A stretch of 64,000 nt of DNA, taken from an uncultured Christensenellaceae bacterium (lineage in GTDB: Bacteria > Bacillota > Clostridia > Christensenellales > UMGS416). The notes under the pieces are model-generated. The model was given only the letters and a program-made list of their open reading frames with translations, made no database searches and was not told where the DNA came from. This document shows positions 7,028 through 16,007 of this stretch, in pieces. Both the position numbers and the translations under genes were made by a program. The DNA lies in contig CALWDW010000006.1 in NCBI GenBank assembly GCA_944376795.1, positions 97,361 to 161,360 on the forward strand, read 5' to 3'. The stretch's first letter is position 1; each line of letters starts with the position of its first letter.

Positions 7028-9281
7028 CCAGCATCATCTCCAGCATCGTAATGGTCACACGCCGGTCGCTGTCCGGCCCCACGCAGGAAGGACAGCCGTT
7101 GAGGCAGGTACAGTTTTTTGCGATCTCCAGCGCCTGACGCCATAGGGTGCTATGCATCTGGTACAGCTTCTCCGAGAAGCCTACGCCGCCAGGATAGGCG
7201 TCATAGAGATAGATGGTAGGCTTTCGGGTAAAGGGCGAACGGATCTGCGTCAAGATCGCGATATCCCGCGGGTCACACATGAGGGTTACCGGGGCCAGGA
7301 TGCTGATCAGGTTTCCCATCCCCACCAAGGCCAGCTGGGTCTGCTCCCGGGTGAGCCCCGATTCCTCCGGCGCGGGCAGGCACGCCCAGTACGCCGTGGT
7401 GTGCATCTCCGTCTCCGGGAGATTCACCGGGCCGGACCCCAGGTTCTCATGGGTATCCAGCTTCATTTTCTTAAAGAGGGAAACAATGCTGTTGACCGCA
7501 ACCTCTCCCCACGCGTGGTCGACGGCATCCTCCTCTCCCAGCGCCAGTTCGGGCTGCATGATGTCCAGCACCCGAAGATTGACGTCCATGTTGGCGTCCG
7601 TGTAGTAATCCACGTCCACCGCCCGCACATAAGCCTTTTTCTCGGGCCAATCCAGTTTCTCTACCTGGTACTGGGCGCCCTCATGCATATAGATTGCCTC
7701 CTCATGCAGCAGCATGGGGGTGGCAAAGCGGTCCATCTCTCCGATGACCCGGTGCTGGGGGGTTGTGATGTCAATGATGACAAAGTTTTCATTGCTGGCC
7801 GAACGCAGGCTCACTGCCGTGGTGGGGAACTCCTCGTCCGACCAATGGTAGGTCTGCCCCACGTGCCGGATCATGCCTCCCTCCTCCAGGAAGCCCAGGA
7901 TCTCCGTAATTTCATTGCCGCCGAAGGTCTCTCCGTCCCGGAAGGGCAGCTCAAAGGCCGCGCACTTGATATGGCTGAGCAGGATATAGAGATTGTCCGG
8001 ATGAATCAGTCCGTATTCCGGCGGACGCTCAAAGAAATACTCGGGGTGCTGTACAATGAACTGACAGAGCGGTGAAGAATTGGCCACAAGGAAGGTGGCG
8101 CTGACGTCATTCCGCCGGCCTGCCCGCCCGGCCTGCTGCCAGGTAGAGGCAATGGTGCCCGGGTAACCCACCAGCACGCAGGCCGAAAGCGACCCGATAT
8201 CGATCCCCAGCTCCAGGGCGTTGGTGCTGACAACCCCTACAACCTCCCCGGCCCGCAGAGACTTCTCAATGGCACGGCGTTGGGTGGGAAGATAGCCGCC
8301 GCGGTAGCCCCGCACGCCATCCGAGCTTCCCAAGCGGGTCTTCACCAACTGCTTGAGATGGGTCAGCATCACCTCCAGCTGCAGGCGGCTCTTGGTAAAT
8401 ATGATGGTGGAAATCCGGTTGCCAATCAGTTCCCCCGCGATGGTCTGGGCCTCCTGCACAGCGCTCTTGCGAATGCCCAGCTGGCGGTTGATCACCGGGG
8501 GATTGTAGAATATAAAGTGCTTCTCTCCCGATGGCGCGCCGTTGTCATCCACCAGGGCGACCTCCCGCTCCAAAATGGCCTCGGCCAGCTCCTTGGGGTT
8601 GGCGATGGTAGCGGAACAGCAGATAAACTGGGGCGACGAGCCATAGAATGCACAGATCCTCCGCAGACGGCGCAGAAGGTTGCAAAGGTGGCTTCCAAAT
8701 ACGCCCCGGTAGGTGTGCAACTCATCAATGACCACATAACGCAGGTTTTCAAAAAGCTTGATCCACTTGGTATGGTTGGGCAGAATCCCCCCGTGGAGCA
8801 TGTCCGGATTGGTGACCACGATGTGGCCCGCTGTGCGAATGGCCTTTCGCGCCGCCGGGGGCGTGTCCCCATCATAGGTATAGGTCTTGACGTCGATCCC
8901 TGCGCCCTCGATGATCTCATACAGCTCGCTGACCTGGTCGCTGGAAAGGGCCTTGGTGGGAAAAATGTACAGCGCACGGCTGGAGGGATCCTTCAAAATG
9001 CTCTGCAGCACCGGCAGATTATAGCACAGGGTCTTCCCCGACGCGGTAGGCGTCACCACCACGGTATCCTTTCCCTGCATGATGGCGTCCACTGCCTGGG
9101 CTTGGTGGGTATAAAGCTGGTGGATTCCCTTCCTGCCCAATACCTCCAAGAGCCGCGGATCTACGCCTTCCGGAAAGGGTGCGTAACGGGCAGCCTTAGT
9201 CTCTATCACATGCCAATGGGTAATATTGGCGCTGAACGCCTTATCATGGCGCATGCGCTCCAAGATCTGCGTCAGGTTCAT
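7011..9281 (-). CDS. mrfA: DEAD/DEAH-box helicase with C-terminal DUF1998 (MZB) four-cysteine domain, YprA/MrfA-like
   Basis: Walker A TPTASGKT, DEAH-type box VIDELH, motif VI QQAGRAGRR, and C-terminal CTCLNGCPSCV. I place the start at ATG 9281 (MNLTQILE), preceded by AAGGAG. The track ORF extends to 9347. Confidence 0.85.
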   Translation of the reverse strand: MNLTQILERMRHDKAFSANITHWHVIETKAARYAPFPEGVDPRLLEVLGRKGIHQLYTHQAQAVDAIMQGKDTVVVTPTASGKTLCYNLPVLQSILKDPSSRALYIFPTKALSSDQVSELYEIIEGAGIDVKTYTYDGDTPPAARKAIRTAGHIVVTNPDMLHGGILPNHTKWIKLFENLRYVVIDELHTYRGVFGSHLCNLLRRLRRICAFYGSSPQFICCSATIANPKELAEAILEREVALVDDNGAPSGEKHFIFYNPPVINRQLGIRKSAVQEAQTIAGELIGNRISTIIFTKSRLQLEVMLTHLKQLVKTRLGSSDGVRGYRGGYLPTQRRAIEKSLRAGEVVGVVSTNALELGIDIGSLSACVLVGYPGTIASTWQQAGRAGRRNDVSATFLVANSSPLCQFIVQHPEYFFERPPEYGLIHPDNLYILLSHIKCAAFELPFRDGETFGGNEITEILGFLEEGGMIRHVGQTYHWSDEEFPTTAVSLRSASNENFVIIDITTPQHRVIGEMDRFATPMLLHEEAIYMHEGAQYQVEKLDWPEKKAYVRAVDVDYYTDANMDVNLRVLDIMQPELALGEEDAVDHAWGEVAVNSIVSLFKKMKLDTHENLGSGPVNLPETEMHTTAYWACLPAPEESGLTREQTQLALVGMGNLISILAPVTLMCDPRDIAILTQIRSPFTRKPTIYLYDAYPGGVGFSEKLYQMHSTLWRQALEIAKNCTCLNGCPSCVGPDSDRRVTITMLEMMLGDRQS

Positions 9282-9417
9282 GCCGTACACTCCTTTCCCG
9301 GGTCCAATTAATCTTAGGTCGATGAAGAAACGGGCCGGCGCCGCCATCGGTCAGCGGCCCGCGTCCCACCGGGCAACACATCTCCGCTTCTCCTAGGAAC
9401 CCTTGGCCTTCTTGGCC

Positions 9418-10119
9418 TTACTCAAATACCGTAATTCCCAAGGACTTGTAGAGAGCCCAGTCTACTCGGTCGCTCTCCGGGAGTCCCCGATCCCTGCGGT
9501 AGGCCAATACGGCCCGGCGCAGGCCTTCGCCAAAGATCCCGTCCAAAGCGCCCTGGTAATACCCCAAGTTCTTCAAGCGCAGCTGCACCTGCAGCACATG
9601 GGCATTTCGATCCCCCGGGCGCAGGGGCAGAAGCCGGCTGCCTACACCGGTCATGTTTCCTTCCAGCATCAGCACCGGCGTGCCCAGCTTCACCCTGCCG
9701 TAGAGTTCCTCCACATCCCGATTGTACATGCGGATGCACCCATGGGACACTGCGCTGCCGATGGACCCTGGCTTGTTGGTACCGTGGATCCCATAGCGTC
9801 CCCATGGCACGTCCAGGCGGATGAACCGGGAACCAAACCCGCTTCCCCAGTTTCGGTACTTTCCAATCACCCGAAAGGCGCCAATGGGCGAGGGTGTTTC
9901 CCCGTCCCCCACCGCCACTACATAGGTCTTTACCTTCTGTCCGTCCTCATAAAGGGTCAGCACGCAGCGGTCCAGCTCGATAACAATCATCTGGCCGGTA
10001 TCCTGGGAACTGGCCAGCACCGCAGGCCCGCTTCCTCCCAGCCACCAGAGCGCATAGACGCAAAGCACGCCTATCACAAAACACCCGCCCCGAAGGGCGA
10101 GGCGGGAAAACTTCGCCAT
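9418..10119 (-). CDS. L,D-transpeptidase (YkuD domain) with C-terminal peptidoglycan-binding domain
   Basis: The YkuD catalytic motif HGTNKPGSIGSAVSHGCIRM is present. The C-terminus resembles PG_binding_1 (VLQVQLRLKNLGYYQGALDGIFG). An N-terminal TM helix follows the start at ATG 10119. Confidence 0.85.
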   Translation of the reverse strand: MAKFSRLALRGGCFVIGVLCVYALWWLGGSGPAVLASSQDTGQMIVIELDRCVLTLYEDGQKVKTYVVAVGDGETPSPIGAFRVIGKYRNWGSGFGSRFIRLDVPWGRYGIHGTNKPGSIGSAVSHGCIRMYNRDVEELYGRVKLGTPVLMLEGNMTGVGSRLLPLRPGDRNAHVLQVQLRLKNLGYYQGALDGIFGEGLRRAVLAYRRDRGLPESDRVDWALYKSLGITVFE

Positions 10120-10285
10120 GCCCGCAATCCCTTCCTGCCGTGAGATTCTAGGCAAGTATATTCCCGGGAAGCGACTGGATATGCCCAGCCGCCGCACAGG
10201 AGAAGAGACGAGAAAGAAAGGCCCTGGCTTCTATAGGAAACGAGCCGCCCTTCATCGGACTCAGGCGCACAGGAAACCGTTTTCC

Positions 10286-11476
10286 TCAGCCGAACGCCGG
10301 CCGCCGCGTCAGCTCCATCACCTGAATTCCCTTCATAGCTTCCTCCAGCAGCGTCTCACCGCCCTCGGCATAGACCGCCTCTTCGGCCGCGCGCACCACC
10401 GGAAGCTGGGGTTTGGTCAAGGGATGCTTAGGAACAAAGACCGTACAGCAGTCCTCATAGGGAAGGATGGACGTTTCAAAGGTGCCGATTTTCCGGGCCA
10501 CTTCTATGGTATCATTCTTATCAAAGCAAATCAAGGGCCGCAGCACCGGCATCCCCACCCCGTCCTCCGTACAGGCTATGGCCTCCATCGTCTGGCTGGC
10601 AACCTGGCCCAGGCTTTCCCCGGTGGCCAGGGCCTGGCACCCGGTCCTGCGGGCCACCCGCTCTGCAATGCGCATCATGGCCCGGCGCATAAGGAGGGTC
10701 AGCATGTCCTCCGGGCCCTTGTCATAGAGCAGCTCCTGCACCTGGGTAAAGGGGACAATATGCAGCCGTACCCGGCCGGTCCAGTCGGCTACGATCTGGG
10801 CCAGATCCACCACCTTCTGCCGGGCGCGGGCGCTGGTATGCGGCGGGCTGTCGAAGTAAATCGCGTCCACAGCAGACCCCCGCTTCCCCAGCATCCAACC
10901 CGCCACGGGGCTGTCAATCCCGCCGCTCAGAAGCAGCAGCGCCTTTCCGCCTGTACCCGACGGCATGCCGCCGGCGCCCGGAATTTTGTCAACATACAGG
11001 TAGGCCTCTTCCCGGATCTCACAGTATACCGTCCACTGGGGGGTATGGATATCCACCGAAAGCCCCGGGATGGCCTCCAGCAGCCGGTATCCCAATTCCT
11101 CGTTGAGCTGCATGGAATTCAGGGGGAACTGCTTGTCCGAACGGCGGCTGTCCGCCTTAAAGGTGCCCTGGACATAGCCGCGCTCCCGCATCATTTCCGC
11201 GGCCGCTTCCGCAATGACATCCAGATCCTTCTCCAGGCAGAGGGCCGGGCTGACCGAATGCACGCCGAAAACCTTGCAGACCGCCTGGATCACCTGGGGC
11301 TCCATGGTTTCGGGATATCCCTCCAAATAGAAGCGCCCCTGCCCCCGGTAGGTATGGATTCCCTCCACGCCCCGGGTTACTTCCTCTATGGCATGAAGCA
11401 CCGCACGCTCAAAGTAAGGGCGGTTGAGTCCCTTGAGATGGATCTCGCCGTATCGGATCAAAAGTACGCGCTTCAT
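10286..11476 (-). CDS. thiI: tRNA 4-thiouridine(8) synthase ThiI
   Basis: N-terminus IRYGEIHLKGLNR (ferredoxin-like/THUMP region) and PP-loop SGGIDSPVA. ATG 11476 lies 8 nt after GGAGGA. Confidence 0.9.
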   Translation of the reverse strand: MKRVLLIRYGEIHLKGLNRPYFERAVLHAIEEVTRGVEGIHTYRGQGRFYLEGYPETMEPQVIQAVCKVFGVHSVSPALCLEKDLDVIAEAAAEMMRERGYVQGTFKADSRRSDKQFPLNSMQLNEELGYRLLEAIPGLSVDIHTPQWTVYCEIREEAYLYVDKIPGAGGMPSGTGGKALLLLSGGIDSPVAGWMLGKRGSAVDAIYFDSPPHTSARARQKVVDLAQIVADWTGRVRLHIVPFTQVQELLYDKGPEDMLTLLMRRAMMRIAERVARRTGCQALATGESLGQVASQTMEAIACTEDGVGMPVLRPLICFDKNDTIEVARKIGTFETSILPYEDCCTVFVPKHPLTKPQLPVVRAAEEAVYAEGGETLLEEAMKGIQVMELTRRPAFG

Positions 11477-11479
11477 CAA

Positions 11480-12631
11480 TCATTTCCTCCTAAACCGGCG
11501 CAGCCGCTGGACGGCGTGCGCTAAAATTTCCGCGGCCTGCGGCATATCCTGCCGCTGGGTCATGGGCGAAAAGCTGATGCGAATGCTGGAAAGCGCCCGC
11601 TCCGGAGAAAGGCCATGTGCCAGAAGCGCATGGCTGGCGTTCCGCTTCTTGGACGAACAGGCCGAGCCCGTCGCCACATAGACCCCTTCTTCCTCCAGTG
11701 CATGGAGCACTACCTCACCCCGGACACCGTCCAGAGACAAATTGAGGATATGCGGGGCCGCGGTCTCCGGCGATGGCCCGTTGACCTGCCAGCCATCCAA
11801 GGCCGTCTCCAGGGTCTCCAGGAATGCCGCTTTGCACCCCCGCATGTGGAACGCGAACTCTTCCCCCTGCGTCTCAAAGATGGAGACCGCAGCGTCCAGG
11901 CCCAGGATCCCGGGGACATTTTCCGTACCAGGCCGGGCCTCCTGCTGCTGCCCGCCGCCCACCAGCAGGGGCGTCAGCCGAACCCCGTCCCGCATCACCA
12001 GGGCGCCCACTCCCTTCGGTCCGTGGATCTTGTGCCCACTGAGAGAATAAAGGTCAACCCCCAGCCGCGGCATGGAGACAGGCAGACGCAGGTACCCCTG
12101 CACGCCATCCACATGGAACAGCGTGCGCGGATTGCGGCCGTGGATGATTCGTCCCAGGGCCTCCAGATCCTGCACGGCGCCGGTCTCGTTATTCACCTGC
12201 ATGATGCTGACCAATACGGTATCCTCCCCCACGGCCTGGGACAGGGCCTCCCGTTCCACCTGTCCCTGGGCATCCACCGGCAGATAGGTCACCCGATGCC
12301 CCTGGGTCTCCAGGCGCTGCATGCAGGCCAGCACCGAGGGATGCTCCATCGCCGTGGTTACAAGATGGGCCGGCCGCCCGTCCCGGGGCAAGGCGCCCAC
12401 AATGGCCATGTTATTGGACTCGGTCCCGCCCGAAGTGTATAACACCCGCAGGGCGCGGGAACCTAAGCTATGGGCGATCCTCTCCCGCGCAGCGGTCAGT
12501 GCCTGCTCCACCTCCACGGCCGGCGCATACAAAGATGAAGGATTGTAAAACGAATCCTTCATCGCACGGCACATCGCCTCCACCACAGGGGCCATGACCT
12601 GGGTGGTGGCACTATTATCCAAATAGATCAT
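11480..12631 (-). CDS. Cysteine desulfurase (class V aminotransferase, NifS/IscS-like)
   Basis: N-terminus MIYLDNSATT, PLP-lysine region SGHKIHGPKG and catalytic loop GSACSS. It lies immediately upstream of thiI, as with the B. subtilis nifZ-thiI pair. Confidence 0.9.
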   Translation of the reverse strand: MIYLDNSATTQVMAPVVEAMCRAMKDSFYNPSSLYAPAVEVEQALTAARERIAHSLGSRALRVLYTSGGTESNNMAIVGALPRDGRPAHLVTTAMEHPSVLACMQRLETQGHRVTYLPVDAQGQVEREALSQAVGEDTVLVSIMQVNNETGAVQDLEALGRIIHGRNPRTLFHVDGVQGYLRLPVSMPRLGVDLYSLSGHKIHGPKGVGALVMRDGVRLTPLLVGGGQQQEARPGTENVPGILGLDAAVSIFETQGEEFAFHMRGCKAAFLETLETALDGWQVNGPSPETAAPHILNLSLDGVRGEVVLHALEEEGVYVATGSACSSKKRNASHALLAHGLSPERALSSIRISFSPMTQRQDMPQAAEILAHAVQRLRRFRRK

Positions 12632-12642
12632 ATCTCGGTCCC

Positions 12643-13191
12643 TTACTCCTGGAATGCCTTATCATAGTATTCGCGCATCAGCTGCACCAGCTCCTGGGTC
12701 GGCTCCAGGATGGATAGGTATTTTTCATCTCCCCGGACCGAGTAGACGAAGTATCGCTCCTTCTCCTTATTCAGCACCGCCTTGATGACCTTTTTGTCCT
12801 TTATCGCCTCGTAGCGGGCGAAAGCCTCGCTGGAGCAGGGGCCCACCGCCTCCACTTCCTTGTACTTAATTCCCAAAAGCTCTTTGCGCTTGCTGTTATT
12901 GATGACCTGGGCAATCTCCAGGAATCCATTGGTAAAGGCATACTCATACTCGATCCGCAGGCGGCTGCGCAGGAAAAAGAGCAGAAGCGTGATGCCGCCT
13001 GCCAGAACCAAATCCAGCGCCTGCAGCAGCACCATACCCCACGGCTGCGCAAAAATGGTCTGGGTCAGGGAAGAAAGTACAAAGATGGTATAGACCGCCC
13101 CAATGGCCACCAGTACGGACAGCAGCGCATAGAGCACGTTGGCAAGCTGCCTATTTTTACGGACGACGATCTCCTCATGGAAATGATCCAC
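12643..13191 (-). CDS. Hypothetical membrane protein (two TM helices plus cytosolic tail)
   Basis: An ORF of about 180 aa. I prefer the GTG start at 13191, 7 nt after GGGGGG, over the track TTG at 13197. GC content is lower than in the neighbours. The family is not recognised with certainty. Confidence 0.55.
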   Translation of the reverse strand: MDHFHEEIVVRKNRQLANVLYALLSVLVAIGAVYTIFVLSSLTQTIFAQPWGMVLLQALDLVLAGGITLLLFFLRSRLRIEYEYAFTNGFLEIAQVINNSKRKELLGIKYKEVEAVGPCSSEAFARYEAIKDKKVIKAVLNKEKERYFVYSVRGDEKYLSILEPTQELVQLMREYYDKAFQE

Positions 13192-13338
13192 TTGCAAGCC
13201 CCCCTAATTTTCGTTATGATGGTAAAGGTATCCAGCGCATGGCGCACGATGCTATTATTCTACCACGAATTTTCCCGACTGGGTAGCAGGTTTTGCTAAA
13301 TTCAAGGAATTGTCACACCCGCACAGGAGGAACTGCCT

Positions 13339-14967
13339 ATGAAATGCCCACGATGCGGCACCTATAATAAATCCAACGCCCAAGCATGCTTCCGCTGCGG
13401 CTACGCGTTTGCCGCACCGCAGGGAAGGAAGCCTTCCTCCCAAGAAATGTGGAAAAAGAAGGCAAACCCGTCCCCACAGTCGACGGACGATCCGCTTCTC
13501 GTTTTGGATGACGAAACACAGGGCGTTTACGCCGATCCCGACCTGGCTGATTTGGGGAAGAATAACGCCCAAAAGCTCGCGGATTTGCAGGACCAGCAGA
13601 CCGTCCGTGTCGTAGTCCCCCCGCGTCCCGTCAAAACGCGGCACACCAATTGGACAAGGTTTATTGCCAGCCTCATCCTGATTCTCGTGCTGCTGGGGGG
13701 CGCAGGCTATGGCGTCTACCTGGGCATTGGCTGGATCTCCGACCGCCTGTCCCAATGGCAGCTGCAGGAAGAGCTCTCCACGCTCCCCCAGGAGCCCTTG
13801 GTGGAGCGTACCATGCAGGACGGCAAGTCCTGGCATAAAATCACTTTCTATGGAGAAGACGGCCAGCGCATTCTGGTCTCCAATCCTCGCAAGTCCTTGG
13901 CCATTCATGACGGCAAGGCCGAGCTGCTCCTGGCCGACGAAAGCTATATTCCCGACCAGCCCGATCCCGACCAGGCGGTGATCCAGGTACAGCTGGAAGC
14001 CACCCTCTTTACCCAGTCGGGAGAGGAACTCCCCATCCATGTCCCCGCCTATGAGATCGAGATTCCCCAGGCCCCGCTCAGCATCATTACGCCCTCCGAA
14101 ACCAAGCTTACCACCCAGGAGACGCGGATCCTAATCACGCTGCGGGTCTCCACCGGAAGCCGGGTCATCATCGCGGGCAAGAACGTCACTGACAACGTCA
14201 ACAGCAACGGCGTTGTCACCACTTCCGTGGATCTGCCCGAGACCGGGATCAACACCATTGAAATCTCCGTGGAAAGCCGCGGCTACCGAAAGAATACCGC
14301 TACGCTGGAGGTTGAGCGTCCGGTTATGGAGGTTCCTATCGTAATCAACGCCAACGTAAAATCCTCCACCTCCGACAGCGCCGTCACTATCGAAGGCTAT
14401 ATGCAGGAGGGCGCCACCATTTCCACCACCGCTACCCTGTCGGAAGGCGAATCCATTATCCAGGATCCTGTGGCCGGCACCTTCAGCTTCAATGCTAAGC
14501 TGCTGCGCTACGGCTGGAACCGCATTGAGATCACCGCCACCACCGCCGACGGAAAAAGCTCCACGCTCGTCTACCAAGTCAACCGGGAAGCCAACCTGGA
14601 TACCTATACCCGGCAGGCCTGGGTCATGGACTACGCGCTGATCATGACCGACTCCCAGAACCTCACCGGCGCCAGCCGCGTGTATCTCTGCGAAGGCTAT
14701 GTGGTGCAAAAGCTGGACAATGACGAGGGGCGTAATCTGTACGAATTCGACGTCTCGGAAGCAGAGAACGGAAGCCAAATCATCATCCTGGAATATGATG
14801 GAAGCTCTGACCTTGTGGAAGGCCGCCACTATCGCGCCTACGCCGACGTCACAGGTACCTACAACGCCTATCCCGTACTGGCTGGACGCTTTGTCTATAA
14901 CAATGAGGCCCAGGCAACCCCTTCGCCTTCTGCATCCCTGCAGCCCACTGCCACCCCCGGCCAATAA
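13339..14967 (+). CDS. Zinc-ribbon / single-TM / large extracytoplasmic beta-rich protein, function unknown
   Basis: N-terminal CPRCG...CFRCG zinc ribbon, TM helix FIASLILILVLLGGAGYGVYLGIGWI, then about 400 aa of Ig-like repetitive beta sequence and a PS-rich tail. AGGAGG RBS. Confidence 0.7.
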   Translation: MKCPRCGTYNKSNAQACFRCGYAFAAPQGRKPSSQEMWKKKANPSPQSTDDPLLVLDDETQGVYADPDLADLGKNNAQKLADLQDQQTVRVVVPPRPVKTRHTNWTRFIASLILILVLLGGAGYGVYLGIGWISDRLSQWQLQEELSTLPQEPLVERTMQDGKSWHKITFYGEDGQRILVSNPRKSLAIHDGKAELLLADESYIPDQPDPDQAVIQVQLEATLFTQSGEELPIHVPAYEIEIPQAPLSIITPSETKLTTQETRILITLRVSTGSRVIIAGKNVTDNVNSNGVVTTSVDLPETGINTIEISVESRGYRKNTATLEVERPVMEVPIVINANVKSSTSDSAVTIEGYMQEGATISTTATLSEGESIIQDPVAGTFSFNAKLLRYGWNRIEITATTADGKSSTLVYQVNREANLDTYTRQAWVMDYALIMTDSQNLTGASRVYLCEGYVVQKLDNDEGRNLYEFDVSEAENGSQIIILEYDGSSDLVEGRHYRAYADVTGTYNAYPVLAGRFVYNNEAQATPSPSASLQPTATPGQ

Positions 14968-14988
14968 CCACAAAAGGAGACACGGGCC

Positions 14989-15711
14989 ATGCAATACGTT
15001 CAAGGCACCATACGCTGGGCATCGCGGGTAAATCCCCAAGATCTCCTGCGCCTATACCACAGCGATGCCCAGGGATTCCGGGATATGGAGCTGGTGGATC
15101 AGGTGGGTTATGCCATTTTGAGCCGCGTCCATGACGTCATCGCCGCCACCGAAGCCCACTATGGCCGTGCTGCCTGTCCGGTCTGTGGAGCCATCATTTC
15201 CCATGAAGAAGGCAATCTGGAGGAAATTCTCTGCTGCCCCTGCGGATTTGCCATGCCCTGGCGGGACTATTTCCACAGCTACCAGGGGAAAAAACTTCAT
15301 TATGGCGGGGCGCGTCCCGCTCTGGATCTTTATGTGCGGTCTTTCACCATTGCCCGCTCCTATGAGGAAAAAATGCGTGCCATCGACGCGCTGGTACATA
15401 CCTTCCATTATGAACTTCAAGGTCGAGAGCGCTTTTCCCGTCCTGTCGCCGCCAACATCCTCTACGGAAAGGCGGGCGAAATCCTGGATACCCTGAATGC
15501 CCTGGCCTATTCCTCTTCCAGCACCGGCGGACTGGAATGTGGACTGTACCGTTATGAGAACTACCGTGTCGGGGCGGCCTTTTCCGCCGCATCCTTGGAT
15601 CCGGTTCCCGTAGAGGCCCGGGAAACCTACTGTCTGTCCACCTTCACCCCGGAAATCTATGCCCCCGCCCAAAGCGTAAGCTTTGTCCGGCTGATCCCCT
15701 TGGAAAAGTAG
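14989..15711 (+). CDS. Hypothetical cytosolic protein with internal CxxC...CCPC zinc-ribbon-like motif
   Basis: A 240-aa ORF with an AAGGAG RBS, starting 21 nt after the previous stop. The motif is CPVCGAIISHEEGNLEEILCCPCG. No family recognised. Confidence 0.6.
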   Translation: MQYVQGTIRWASRVNPQDLLRLYHSDAQGFRDMELVDQVGYAILSRVHDVIAATEAHYGRAACPVCGAIISHEEGNLEEILCCPCGFAMPWRDYFHSYQGKKLHYGGARPALDLYVRSFTIARSYEEKMRAIDALVHTFHYELQGRERFSRPVAANILYGKAGEILDTLNALAYSSSSTGGLECGLYRYENYRVGAAFSAASLDPVPVEARETYCLSTFTPEIYAPAQSVSFVRLIPLEK

Positions 15712-15805
15712 CCGCTCAGCTTTGTCGGCGCAAAGCCTTGTGGGAGAGTTTCCCTCTCCCGCACCTCGTTTTCCAAAACTCTCAGAGAAAAAAACCAAAA
15801 ACGCA

Positions 15806-15845
15806 AGGGAACGACCGCAGAAAAGCATGCGTCGTTCCCTTTTTG
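15806..15845. terminator. Bidirectional rho-independent terminator
   Basis: A perfect 10-bp stem, AGGGAACGAC (15806..15815) with GTCGTTCCCT (15831..15840). TTTTT follows on the plus strand and an A-run precedes it, which gives GCGTTTTTGG on the minus strand. Confidence 0.7.
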
Positions 15846-16007
15846 GGTGATTTGCAAAGTGCAGTACGTTTTGCCCGCCAAGGCGGCCGCTGCCCCGCGG
15901 CAAAACGGCGGAATGCAGAGACGCGCAGGCCCTGCATTTCCTCATGAAGCTTGCAGACGTTCCCTTTGAATAGGCGGCGCGCCCGAGATCCCCGGCGCGG
16001 GAAACCA

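Noticed and set aside
5072-7051. A 659-aa plus-strand ORF spanning the TPR and mrfB-like genes
   Set aside because: It is antisense to two well-supported minus-strand genes. Its translation is low-complexity (rich in P/G/L/Q/H) with no motifs and no RBS. This is a typical shadow ORF of GC-rich DNA.
7011-9281. The DUF1998 helicase as part of an anti-phage system (Druantia/DISARM-like)
   Set aside because: There is no methyltransferase, PLD or large DruE-like partner. Its ~757-aa size, the overlapping RNase H-like exonuclease partner and the core-gene context match the YprA/YprB (MrfAB) repair pair.
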